Assembly (NCBI GenBank): GCA_963822945.1
Contig: CAWGJO010000004.1
Span: 32,001 to 96,000, forward strand
Direction of reading: 5' to 3'
DNA length: 64,000 nt
DNA from: an uncultured Gemmatimonadaceae bacterium
GTDB taxonomy: Bacteria > Gemmatimonadota > Gemmatimonadetes > Gemmatimonadales > Gemmatimonadaceae
Position numbers and translations under genes: made by a program. Below the pieces are notes generated by a model, which ran no database searches, was not told the origin of the DNA, and saw nothing but the letters and a program-made list of their open reading frames with translations. Below are positions 32,400-41,411 of this stretch, piece by piece. The first letter of the stretch is position 1. Each line of letters starts with the position of its first letter.

Positions 32400-33234
32400 C
32401 GACATCCGGCGGTGGAGCGAGGAGCTGGCGCGCGATCCGGGCAGCCTGGCGTTCCTGCTCCTCGGCGAGGCGCTGCGCCGCCAGGGCGACCTGGAGACCG
32501 CGCAGCGTGTTGCCGTCCACGGCCTCAAGCGGCATCCGCACCACGCCGATGCGCACGACCTTCTGGCCCGCATCTACGCGGACCAGGGGCAGGTGGACCG
32601 GGCGGCGGAGGAGTGGGAGATGACGCTCCGCATGACGCCGGAACATCCGGGAGCGCTCAAGGGGATGGCGTTCGTCTGCTTCCAGCGGCACCAGTTCGAG
32701 GAAGCCGAGGACTACCTGCGTCGGGCGGCGCTGGGCGACGCGCCGGATTCGGGCATCCGGGCCGCGCTGGACACCGTGCGGCGCAACTCGACGGCCATCG
32801 ACGCGTCCGAAGTCGAGGCGGCGGTGGATGCGGAGACCGATGCGGATCCCCAATTGGTGTTCGCGCGCATTCTCGAGACGGAAGACCGGACGGCGCTCCT
32901 GCTCGACGGATCGGGATTGGTGCTCGCCGGCGCGTACCTGACCCCCGACGGCGACGATGTCGCGGCGGAGGTGGGGGCGCAGCTGAGCGGCGTGTCGGAG
33001 GAAGCCGACCGCGCGACGCGGCATCTCGGTATCGGCGAGTGGACGTCGATCGTGTTCGAGACGGAGGCCGCGGTGGTGGCCATGGCGCCGGCGGCCGACG
33101 GCGGGCTGCTCGTGCTCGCCGCCTCACGCGCGACGCCGCTGGGGCTGCTGCGGCGGCTGCTCGACCGGTGTGCCGAGCAGGCGCGCCGATGGATGGCGTG
33201 GCACGACGCGGGCCGGCCGGGGGACGGCGCATGA
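32392..33234 (+). CDS. TPR-Roadblock/LC7 fusion protein
   Basis: N-terminal TPRs (DPGSLAFLLLGEALRR..HP...AHDLLAR); C-terminal Roadblock pattern ALLLDGSGLVLA...TPLGLLR. Confidence 0.75.
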   Translation: MADDIRRWSEELARDPGSLAFLLLGEALRRQGDLETAQRVAVHGLKRHPHHADAHDLLARIYADQGQVDRAAEEWEMTLRMTPEHPGALKGMAFVCFQRHQFEEAEDYLRRAALGDAPDSGIRAALDTVRRNSTAIDASEVEAAVDAETDADPQLVFARILETEDRTALLLDGSGLVLAGAYLTPDGDDVAAEVGAQLSGVSEEADRATRHLGIGEWTSIVFETEAAVVAMAPAADGGLLVLAASRATPLGLLRRLLDRCAEQARRWMAWHDAGRPGDGA

Positions 33235-33578
33235 GTTCGCCGTTTCGGGAGATGCTGCATTCGCTCATGCGACTGCGTGGGGTGTTGGCCACCATGCTCG
33301 TGGACGAGCACGAGGGCATGATCATCGATTCGATACTGCAGGTCGGTCAGGACGGCGACCGCGTGGCGGCCCTCGCCGCGTCGCTCCACCGCAAGGCGCG
33401 CAAGTCGGCCGAGGCGGCGGGAATGGGTGGCGTCTCGTACATGCAACTCGATGCAGCGAGCGGGCGGATCTGCGCGGCGGGGCGCGGCACGATGGTGCTG
33501 GTGGTCGTCGCGGCGCCCACCGCCAACATCGGGCTGGTGCGGGTGGAGACACTCAAGGCCGTGCAGGCGCTGCCATGA
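33231..33578 (+). CDS. Roadblock/LC7 protein (MglB/MglC-like)
   Basis: 115 aa; GVLATMLVD..GMII, VAALAASL, ANIGLVR. Confidence 0.8.
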   Translation: MSSPFREMLHSLMRLRGVLATMLVDEHEGMIIDSILQVGQDGDRVAALAASLHRKARKSAEAAGMGGVSYMQLDAASGRICAAGRGTMVLVVVAAPTANIGLVRVETLKAVQALP

Positions 33579-34051
33579 CCATCCGCGTCGTCGAACCCTG
33601 GGTCGAAGCGCCGCTGAAGCGCTTCGTGGACGATGCCCGCGTGACGATTGCGCTGCTGCTGCTGCCGAGCGGACAGGTGCTCGCGGAGCACGGGTTCACG
33701 CGATCGCTCGACGTCGCCGCGGCCTGCGCGCTCGCGGCGGCCATCCACGCGTCGGGGGGCGAACTCGGCCGGATGCTCGACGGTCGCCCGTTCAGTGGGC
33801 TGCACCACGCGGGCCAGGACCGCCAGATCTTCCTGGGCGAGGCGCGGACGCCGCGGGGTACGTACATTTTCCTGACCGTCTTCGACCAGGAAAGCTCACT
33901 CGGGCTCGTTCGGCTGTATTTTGACGAATTCGTGGCGAACCTGAGTGCCGCGGCCCCCGAAGACAGCGGCGCCTCCTCCGACACCGTTCTCGCCGACACC
34001 TTCGAACGGGATCTCAACCGCAACCTGGCCGCCCTGTTCGGTCGGGCCTGA
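33575..34051 (+). CDS. mglB: MglB, Roadblock-fold GAP of MglA
   Basis: SGQVLAEHG, ALAA..A...L..ML, HAG, VFDQESSLGLVRL, C-terminal helical tail; directly upstream of mglA. Confidence 0.82.
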   Translation: MTIRVVEPWVEAPLKRFVDDARVTIALLLLPSGQVLAEHGFTRSLDVAAACALAAAIHASGGELGRMLDGRPFSGLHHAGQDRQIFLGEARTPRGTYIFLTVFDQESSLGLVRLYFDEFVANLSAAAPEDSGASSDTVLADTFERDLNRNLAALFGRA

Positions 34052-34071
34052 CCTCCACCTCCCATCGCTCC

Positions 34072-34677
34072 GTGCCGCTCGTCAACTACGCTACCCGCGA
34101 GATCACCTGCAAGATCGTCTACTACGGACCCGGCCGGTCCGGAAAGACGACCAACTTGCATCACATCTACGGGCAGGTGCCGGAAGACCGGAAGGGGAAG
34201 ATGGTGTCGCTGGCGACGCAGACCGACCGCACCCTGTTCTTCGATTTCCTGCCGCTCGATCTCGGCACGATCTCGGGGTTCACCACCAAATTCCAGCTCT
34301 ACACGGTGCCGGGGCAGGTATACTACCAGTCCACGCGGAAGCTGGTGCTGCAGGGGGCCGACGGCGTCGTGTTCGTGGCCGACAGCCAGACGCGCCAACT
34401 CGACGAGAACATCGAGAGCTTTCAGGACCTGCACGCGAACCTGGCGGATCAGGGCGTCGACGTGCGGGCGGTGCCCCTCGTGCTCCAGTACAACAAGCAG
34501 GATCTGCCGCGCGACCTGATCATGGCCACCGAGGAGTTGCGCGACGCGATCAACTTTCGCGGCGTTCCCGATTTTCCGGCCGATGCCCTGCACGGGCCGG
34601 GGGTGTTCGAGACCCTGCGGGGCATCTCGGAACTCGTGTTGAAGCGCCTGAGTTCTCCCTCACGTGCGGCGAGGTAG
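34072..34677 (+). CDS. mglA: MglA small Ras-like GTPase
   Basis: REITCKIVYYGPGRSGKTTNL, DRTLFFDFLPL, TVPGQV, DGVVFVADSQ, QYNKQD. Confidence 0.95.
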   Translation: MPLVNYATREITCKIVYYGPGRSGKTTNLHHIYGQVPEDRKGKMVSLATQTDRTLFFDFLPLDLGTISGFTTKFQLYTVPGQVYYQSTRKLVLQGADGVVFVADSQTRQLDENIESFQDLHANLADQGVDVRAVPLVLQYNKQDLPRDLIMATEELRDAINFRGVPDFPADALHGPGVFETLRGISELVLKRLSSPSRAAR

Positions 34678-34680
34678 CGC

Positions 34681-36639
34681 GTGTCGTTGGACACCCGGAT
34701 GCGATTCGAGCACTTCGAGGCGGGCGCGGCCAATCACGAGGCCGTGTCCGCGGGGCGCGCCGTCGCCCGATCGCCGGGGCAGAAGCACAACCCGCTCACC
34801 TTCTTCGGGGTCGCGGGAGTCGGCAAGACGCATCTGATGCAGGCCATCGGGCATGCCGTGGTGGAAGCCCAGCCGGCCCTGCGCGTGGAGTATCAGACGG
34901 CGGACGAATTCGCGAAGCAGCTCCACGCCGCCGTCGCCGCCAGCCAGACCGACGAGTACATCCGGGGATGGGCGCGCGTGGACGTCCTGCTGCTGGATGA
35001 CATCCAGGGGCTCGCCGACCAGCGCGAGGCGCAGTCGGAGCTGCTGCGGCTGCTCGAGGCGATGCAGAGCATGGAGCGCCAGGTGGTGATGACCAGCGAC
35101 CGTCCGCCGGCCGAGATCGCGGGGTTCGATCCCGCCCTGGTCTCGCGGATCGCCGGCGGCCGGATCGTGGAGATCGGCGCGCCGGACGCTGCGACGCGCG
35201 TGGCGATTCTCAGGGCACGGTGCCGGGAGCGGGACGTGATCCTGGAGCCGGGCGTGGTGGAGGAGATCGGGCGCATCGAGACCGGCAACGTGCGCGAGCT
35301 GCACGGACTGCTCCATCGCATCGTCGACTTCCAGTCGCTGGGCGACGAGCCGGTGCACGCCGACGACGTGCTGACTCTGCTCGACCACGCGCCCGAAGCG
35401 CGGGCGGCAGTGGGCGACTCGGCGCCGTCCGCGGCCACGGGTGCCCTCGATTTCGAGAGCTTCCTCACCGACATCGCGAGCGCCGTGACGGCGCACGTCG
35501 AAGGGTGGAAGTCGCACGTGGCCGAGGCCGTGGCGGGGTGGCAGTCGGCGGGATACCGCACCAAGGTGCTGGAGCGGCTGCTGGACGAGCCGTCGCCGCC
35601 CCCCAACTACGAGGCCCTGCTGCGCGGATTCGGCGCCACGGTTCGCCGGCTCAAGGAGCTGGAGTCCGAGGCCGTCGAGGCCGATCCGTCGGTGGCCGGC
35701 CACGACGTGTTCCGCGACCCCGAGCGCATGCGCGAGGCCGAGGCCATGGTGCAGCGCGCGCGGGCGGGCGCCGTGGACCTGCCCGGCCCCTCGGTGGAGT
35801 TCTCACGCGCCGGGTTCGAGGTCGGCAAGTCGAATCAGGCGGCCGTGCGTGCGGCCGACGCCGTGGCGGCCGAACCGGGCAGCCGGTACAACCCCCTGGT
35901 GATCATCGGTCCCGGCGGGACGGGGAAGACGCACCTGCTCAACGCGCTCGGCCACGAATTGGTGAACGCCAGCGGAGGCGCGGCCGCGGTGGCGTGCGTG
36001 ACCGGCCAGCAGTTCGCCGACGAGTTCATCGCCGCGCTGCGCGACGGCACGCTCAATCAGTGGCGCCGGCGGTACCGGCGCGTGGACGCGCTGCTGATGG
36101 ACGACCTCCAGGCGGTGGCCGGGAAGGAGCGCACCCAGGACGAGGTGTTCGAGCTGTTCGGCGACCTGCTCGACGCCGGCAAGCAGATCGCGTGCACGGC
36201 GGCGCAGCTGCCTCGGGACATGACCGGCCTCGACGAGCGCCTCCGCGTACGGTTCGAGGGCGGGCTCGTGGTGGAGTTGGCGCCTCCGGACGTCGCGATG
36301 CGCGAGCAGTTGTACCGGCGGTTCCTGGACGGGGTGGCCGCCGATCAACTCGACCCGCTGGCGCGCTACCTCGCGTCGCGGCCCGCCGCCGGCGTACCCG
36401 ACATCATCGACACGATCCATCGGCTGTCCGTATCGGCCGACGCGGTGGGGGCGCCGCTGTCGTTGGACGTGGCGCGGCGGGAACTCGAGGGGCCGGAGCC
36501 CGTGGCGGCCCGGATGCCGACGCCGGTGAGCGCCGCGCCGGTGGTCCGCGCGGCCAGTGACATGTTCTTCCTGGACGACGAGAAGGTGGTCTGGGAGTTG
36601 CGCGATGTCGCGTCGCGCGTGGTCGAGGAGCTGGGCTAG
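34681..36639 (+). CDS. protein with two tandem DnaA/Hda-type AAA+ domains, lacking DnaA domains I and IV
   Basis: NPLTFFGVAGVGKTHL/LLLDDIQ/TSDRPP/NVRELHG and YNPLVIIGPGGTGKTHL/LLMDDLQAVAGKERTQDE/ERLRVRFEGGL. Confidence 0.88.
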   Translation: MSLDTRMRFEHFEAGAANHEAVSAGRAVARSPGQKHNPLTFFGVAGVGKTHLMQAIGHAVVEAQPALRVEYQTADEFAKQLHAAVAASQTDEYIRGWARVDVLLLDDIQGLADQREAQSELLRLLEAMQSMERQVVMTSDRPPAEIAGFDPALVSRIAGGRIVEIGAPDAATRVAILRARCRERDVILEPGVVEEIGRIETGNVRELHGLLHRIVDFQSLGDEPVHADDVLTLLDHAPEARAAVGDSAPSAATGALDFESFLTDIASAVTAHVEGWKSHVAEAVAGWQSAGYRTKVLERLLDEPSPPPNYEALLRGFGATVRRLKELESEAVEADPSVAGHDVFRDPERMREAEAMVQRARAGAVDLPGPSVEFSRAGFEVGKSNQAAVRAADAVAAEPGSRYNPLVIIGPGGTGKTHLLNALGHELVNASGGAAAVACVTGQQFADEFIAALRDGTLNQWRRRYRRVDALLMDDLQAVAGKERTQDEVFELFGDLLDAGKQIACTAAQLPRDMTGLDERLRVRFEGGLVVELAPPDVAMREQLYRRFLDGVAADQLDPLARYLASRPAAGVPDIIDTIHRLSVSADAVGAPLSLDVARRELEGPEPVAARMPTPVSAAPVVRAASDMFFLDDEKVVWELRDVASRVVEELG

Positions 36640-36640
36640 C

Positions 36641-38257
36641 ATGGCCATCAAGGGCAGCTTGAAGGAGGCCAGCCTCCCCGACGTGCTCCAGCTCCTGGCG
36701 ATGGGCCGGAAGACCGGGTGTCTGAGCGTCAACCACCGGACGAACTTCGGCTACATCTATTTCGACAAGGGGCGCATTTCGTACGCGTCGATCGTGAACC
36801 GGCGGGACCGGTTGGGCGACATGCTGGTGAAGAACGGCATCATCTCCGCCGAGCAGCTCAAGTCGGCCATCGAGGCCCAGGATCAGGAGCGCGAGCGGCG
36901 CATCGGCGAACTGCTGGTGGAGATGGGCTACCTGTCGCGCGACGCGCTGCGCCAGCACATCCGCGAGCAGATCGAGGAGGCGGTGTACTTCCTGTTCACC
37001 TGGAATCAGGGCTCGTTCAACTTCGAGGCCGACGTCCAGCCGGACGAGCAGGAATTCCTGGTGTCGATCAATCCCGAGTCGCTGCTGCTCGAAGGCGCGC
37101 GACGCGTGGACGAGTGGACGCTCGTCGAGAAGAAGATTCCCACGTTCGACATCGTGTTCGAGGTCGATCGGCCGAAGATCCTGGCCAGCGACCTCGATCT
37201 GACGCCGGAGCAGCGGGGGCTGCTGGAGCTGGTCGACGGCCGGCGGGACGTGCAGCAGATCATCGACGCCTCGGGCATGGGCGAGTTCGAAGTGGGGAAG
37301 GTGCTGTACGGCCTCGCCACCACCGGCTTCCTGCACCGCATCGGCACGTCGAAGGCCGGGGACGCCCAGGTGTCGGAAGCCCGGGTGCAGGAGCACTACA
37401 ACCTCGGCGTCGCGTTCTACAAGACGGGGATGTTCGACGAAGCGGTGCGCGAGTTCCGCCGCGTGATGGACCTCAAGCCCAACGACCCGTCGGCGCAGTT
37501 CTACCTCGGGCTGGTGCAGCTGCGCCAGGAACGGTGGCACGATGCGCTGGCGACGTTCGAGGCCGCGGTGGCGCGCCCCGGCGCCACCGCCGCGGTGTAT
37601 CACAACCTCGCGTACGCACTCGAGCGGCTGGGGCGCCTGGCCGAGGCGCAGCGGGCGCTGCAGGAGGCGTCGGCCCGCAGTCAGGGGGCCAGCCCGCAGA
37701 TCGAGACCTCGATCGGCATCGTCGCGCTGCGCTCCGGCGATCTGGCGGCCGCTGACGAGGCGCTGACGGCCGCGCGGCCGCTGTGGCCCCGGGCGCCGTC
37801 GGCGGCCTGGTATCACTATGCGGCGCTCACGGCGGCGCTGCTCGGCGACCTCGGGCGTGCCCAGACCATTCTCGACGAAGCGGTGGGCGCGCATCCGCAC
37901 AGCGCCGTGCTCTACAACAATCTCGCCGTGGTGCGCGAACGCCAGAACGCCGGCGAGGCGGCGGCGGCGGCGCTCGACCGGGCGCTGTCGGAGGATCCCT
38001 CCGTGCCGCAGGTGCACAAGAACCTTGGCGACGTGGCCTACCGCGCCGGGCGGTTCGACGAGGCGCTCGAGTCGTACCAGCGCGCCATCAAAGCGAAGCC
38101 GGATCTCGGGGACGACGTCTACCTCAAGCTCGGGAACATCAAGTTCCGCCAGCAGCAGAAGGAGGAGGCGCTGCGGCTCTGGCAGCGCGCGCTCGAACTC
38201 GATCCCACCAACGCCATCGTGCGCACCAACCTCGACGCCGTGCGGCAGGCGCTGTGA
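36641..38257 (+). CDS. DUF4388 domain plus TPR protein (2)
   Basis: IKGSLKEASLPDVLQLL..RKTGCL, RLGDMLV, WNQGSFNF, SLLLEGARRVDEW, multiple TPRs. Confidence 0.87.
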   Translation: MAIKGSLKEASLPDVLQLLAMGRKTGCLSVNHRTNFGYIYFDKGRISYASIVNRRDRLGDMLVKNGIISAEQLKSAIEAQDQERERRIGELLVEMGYLSRDALRQHIREQIEEAVYFLFTWNQGSFNFEADVQPDEQEFLVSINPESLLLEGARRVDEWTLVEKKIPTFDIVFEVDRPKILASDLDLTPEQRGLLELVDGRRDVQQIIDASGMGEFEVGKVLYGLATTGFLHRIGTSKAGDAQVSEARVQEHYNLGVAFYKTGMFDEAVREFRRVMDLKPNDPSAQFYLGLVQLRQERWHDALATFEAAVARPGATAAVYHNLAYALERLGRLAEAQRALQEASARSQGASPQIETSIGIVALRSGDLAAADEALTAARPLWPRAPSAAWYHYAALTAALLGDLGRAQTILDEAVGAHPHSAVLYNNLAVVRERQNAGEAAAAALDRALSEDPSVPQVHKNLGDVAYRAGRFDEALESYQRAIKAKPDLGDDVYLKLGNIKFRQQQKEEALRLWQRALELDPTNAIVRTNLDAVRQAL

Positions 38258-39081
38258 TGACGGTCGCCGAGCCGCAGGACGAGGACTTTCAGGCCCTGCT
38301 CGACAAGATCTCGCGCGATCGGGGATTTCACTGCGCCAGCTACAAGGCCACCTGCCTGCGCCGCCGGGTCGGGGTGCGCATGCGGGCACGCGGGCTGCAC
38401 CGCTACGTGGACTATGCGGGCCTGCTCGATGCCGACCTGGGGGAATACGACCTGCTGCTCGACGCGCTGACGATCAACGTCACGAAGCTGTTCCGGAATC
38501 CCGAGGTGTACCACGCCATGCTGCGCGACGTGGTGCCGGTGGTGTGGGACGCCGCGCCGTCGCGAATTCGGGTGTGGAGCGCCGGATGCGCGTCGGGCGA
38601 GGAGCCGTATTCGCTGGCCGCCCTGTTCCACCTGCACGCGGCGGCGCGTGGCGAACTCCACCGGCTGCCGCGCGTGGAGATTCTGGGCACCGACATCGAC
38701 CGGCGCAGCCTGGCGGCGGCGGAGTGCGGCGAGTTCGAGGAGCGCGATTTCAGCGAGACGCCCGAGGCCTGGCGGTCCGCGTATTTCGCGCCCGCGGCGC
38801 CGTTCACGGTGGTCCCCGAGTTGCGCCGGCTGGTGAAGTTCCGCCAGCATGATCTACTGCGCGAGCCCCCGCCGCAGGGCGAGCACGACTTGATCGTGTG
38901 CCGAAATGCGATCATCTACTTCGATCGGGTGTCGCAGGAGCGGCTGTTCGAATCCTTTTACTCGGCGTTGGCCCCCGGAGGGTTCCTGGTACTCGGCAAG
39001 GTGGAAACGCTCTTCGGTCGTGCGCGGCAACTCTTCCGTCCCGTGGACGCTCGCGAACGGATCTTCGTGCGGCCCGCATGA
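38257..39081 (+). CDS. cheR: chemotaxis methyltransferase CheR
   Basis: TINVTKLFRN, RVWSAGCASGEEPYS, GTDID, CRNAIIYF, GGFLVLG. Confidence 0.93.
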   Translation: MTVAEPQDEDFQALLDKISRDRGFHCASYKATCLRRRVGVRMRARGLHRYVDYAGLLDADLGEYDLLLDALTINVTKLFRNPEVYHAMLRDVVPVVWDAAPSRIRVWSAGCASGEEPYSLAALFHLHAAARGELHRLPRVEILGTDIDRRSLAAAECGEFEERDFSETPEAWRSAYFAPAAPFTVVPELRRLVKFRQHDLLREPPPQGEHDLIVCRNAIIYFDRVSQERLFESFYSALAPGGFLVLGKVETLFGRARQLFRPVDARERIFVRPA

Positions 39082-39560
39082 GCGAGCAACGCGTCGGGAT
39101 CGCCGATCTCGCGGTCGCCGCGGGGGAGGGAACGCTCTGCACGCTCGGGCTCGGGTCGTGCGTGGCGATCGTGCTCTACGACGCGGAGGCGCGGGTGGGC
39201 GGGCTGGCGCACGTCCTGTTGCCCGAGCCGGGCATGTCGCGCCTGCACGACAACCCGGCGCGCTTCCCGGAGACCGCCGTGCCCGCCCTCATCGCACGGA
39301 TGCGGGAGCTCGGCGCCGATCCGGCCCGGATGACGGCCCGCCTCGTGGGCGGGGCCAGCATGTTCTCCAGTCTGCTGCCCCGCGGCACGCCGACCATCGG
39401 CGGGCGCAACGTCGACTCCTCGCGGCAGGCCCTGCAGCGGGCCGGCATCACGATTGCCGGCGAGGACGTGGGGATGGAGCACGGGCGCAGCGTCTATCTG
39501 CACATCGCCGATGGCCAGGTCGAAGTGCGCTCGCTCGCGCGAGGGAGTCGTGTCCTCTAA
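39078..39560 (+). CDS. cheD: chemoreceptor glutamine deamidase CheD
   Basis: TLGLGSCV, GGLAHVLLP, LVGGASMF, IGGRN, EDVG...GRS. Confidence 0.92.
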   Translation: MSEQRVGIADLAVAAGEGTLCTLGLGSCVAIVLYDAEARVGGLAHVLLPEPGMSRLHDNPARFPETAVPALIARMRELGADPARMTARLVGGASMFSSLLPRGTPTIGGRNVDSSRQALQRAGITIAGEDVGMEHGRSVYLHIADGQVEVRSLARGSRVL

Positions 39561-40617
39561 GCCCTCCGTCCTGGTGGTGGACGACAGCGCGCTCATGCGG
39601 CGCGTGATCGCGGAGCTGGTCACCGAATCGGAGGAGTTCACCGTGGTCGGCGTGGCGCGGAACGGGCGGGAGGCGATTGCCCACGTGCTGGCGCTCAACC
39701 CCGACCTCGTGACACTCGACATCGAGATGCCGGAGATGGACGGGCTGCAGGCGCTGGCGCAGATCATGCGCGATGCTCCCCGCCCGGTGGTGATGCTGAG
39801 CGGGGCCGAGACGATGGATGGGCGCGATGCCGCGCTGCGCGCGCTGGAACTCGGCGCCGTGGACTTCGTGCGCAAGCCGTCGGGCCCCATCAGCCTCGAC
39901 CTCGCCGTGGTGGGCGAGCGGTTGCGGGGCGCGCTCCGGGCCGCCGCGCAGGCGAACCTGCGCGGCCTGCAGACGCCGGTACGGCGCCCCGGCACGGGAC
40001 GCCGCGGGGGCGTGCGGCCGGCCGCGTCCCGACCCAGGCGCGCCGTGGCGATCGCGGCCTCGACCGGCGGCCCGCGCGCGCTCACGCAGGTCCTGCCGGG
40101 GCTGCCGGCGGCTCTCGACGCCGCGGTGCTCGTGGTGCAGCACATGCCGCCCGGGTTCACGCGCAGCCTGGCGCAGCGGCTCGACGCGATGGGGCCGCTG
40201 CCGGTGCACGAGGCCGAGGCGGGTCAGATCGTCCAGAGCGGGCATGTATACGTGGCGCCGGGCGGCAAGCACATGCGCGTGGCCGACGACGCCCAACCGG
40301 TGATCGTGCTCGACGAGACGCCGCCCGTGTGGGGCGTGCGACCGGCGGCCGATCCGCTCTTCCGGTCGGTGGCGGCCCTGTTCGGCGAGCGGTGCGTGGG
40401 GGTGGTACTCACCGGCATGGGGCGCGACGGCGCCGACGGGCTGCGGGCCATTCGCGATGCGGGGGGCCGCCGCGTCGTGCAGGACCGGGACACCTCGATC
40501 ATCTACGGCATGCCGCACGCCGCCCTGGAGGCCGCGGGCGCCGATCGCGTGGCGCCGCTGGCGAGCGTCGCGGCCGCCATCGTCGCGCTGCTGGCCACGG
40601 CGGGTGAGCCGGCGTGA
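39550..40617 (+). CDS. cheB: chemotaxis methylesterase/response regulator CheB
   Basis: Receiver domain VVDDS..TLDIEMP; ASTGGP, VQHMP, LTGMGRDG. Confidence 0.95.
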   Translation: MSSKPSVLVVDDSALMRRVIAELVTESEEFTVVGVARNGREAIAHVLALNPDLVTLDIEMPEMDGLQALAQIMRDAPRPVVMLSGAETMDGRDAALRALELGAVDFVRKPSGPISLDLAVVGERLRGALRAAAQANLRGLQTPVRRPGTGRRGGVRPAASRPRRAVAIAASTGGPRALTQVLPGLPAALDAAVLVVQHMPPGFTRSLAQRLDAMGPLPVHEAEAGQIVQSGHVYVAPGGKHMRVADDAQPVIVLDETPPVWGVRPAADPLFRSVAALFGERCVGVVLTGMGRDGADGLRAIRDAGGRRVVQDRDTSIIYGMPHAALEAAGADRVAPLASVAAAIVALLATAGEPA

Positions 40618-41411
40618 TCGACGAACACTGGGGCCTGCTGCGCAAACCGTTCGCGAACACGCCGGATCCGGCGTTCGTGTACCACTCCCCGGTGTTCGAC
40701 GAAGGATACGCCCGCCTGCTGTACGACGTCACGGATCTGCGGGGGGGCCTGTCGCTGGTCACGGGCGAGATCGGGTGCGGCAAGACGATGCTCGTCGAGG
40801 CGCTGCGCGCCCGGCTCGGCGGCACTGCCTACGACCCCTGGGTCGTGGAGTATCCGCGCCTCACCGGTGCGCAGTTGCTGCAGTTCGTCGCTGCGGCGGC
40901 CGCGCTGCCCAACCCGCCGAAGAACAAGCCGGCGCTGGTGGCGGCGCTGCGGGGCCGGCTGGCCGAGCTGCACGCCGGGGGACGGCGCCCCGTGCTGATC
41001 GTGGACGAGGCGCAGCTGGCGAGTCCGAGCCTGCTCGAGGAACTGCGGCTGCTCACGAACTTCGAGGACCGGACCGACAAGCACCTCCACGTCGTGTTGC
41101 TGGGGCAGCCGGAGTTGCGCGAGCGCGTCGTGAAGCGTCCGCAGATCGACCAGCGCGTGAGCCTTCGGTTCCATCTCGACCCACTCGATGCCGGTGACGT
41201 GCAGGCGTACGTCCTGCATCGGCTGCGTGTGGCGGGCGCGATGCACGAGATCTTCACGGCCGAGGCGCTGGCCGCCCTGGCGGCGCGGAGCGGTGGTGTT
41301 CCGCGCGTCGTGAACAACCTGGCCATGCAGGCGCTGTTCGTTGGGGCGATGCGCGGATTGCCGCGCGTCGATGAGCGACTGATACACGACGTGGCGGACG
41401 ACCGGCAATGA
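40614..41411 (+). CDS. ExeA/GspA-family AAA ATPase (ATPase domain only)
   Basis: WGLLRKPFANTPDP, GEIGCGKT, LIVDEAQ, LEELRLL, LLGQPEL, SGGVPRVVN. Confidence 0.88.
   Translation: MIDEHWGLLRKPFANTPDPAFVYHSPVFDEGYARLLYDVTDLRGGLSLVTGEIGCGKTMLVEALRARLGGTAYDPWVVEYPRLTGAQLLQFVAAAAALPNPPKNKPALVAALRGRLAELHAGGRRPVLIVDEAQLASPSLLEELRLLTNFEDRTDKHLHVVLLGQPELRERVVKRPQIDQRVSLRFHLDPLDAGDVQAYVLHRLRVAGAMHEIFTAEALAALAARSGGVPRVVNNLAMQALFVGAMRGLPRVDERLIHDVADDRQ

Noticed and set aside
34681..36639. Canonical dnaA with adjacent oriC
   Set aside because: No domain I or IV, duplicated ATPase, no dnaN/gyrB context, and no intergenic space or DnaA-box cluster beside it
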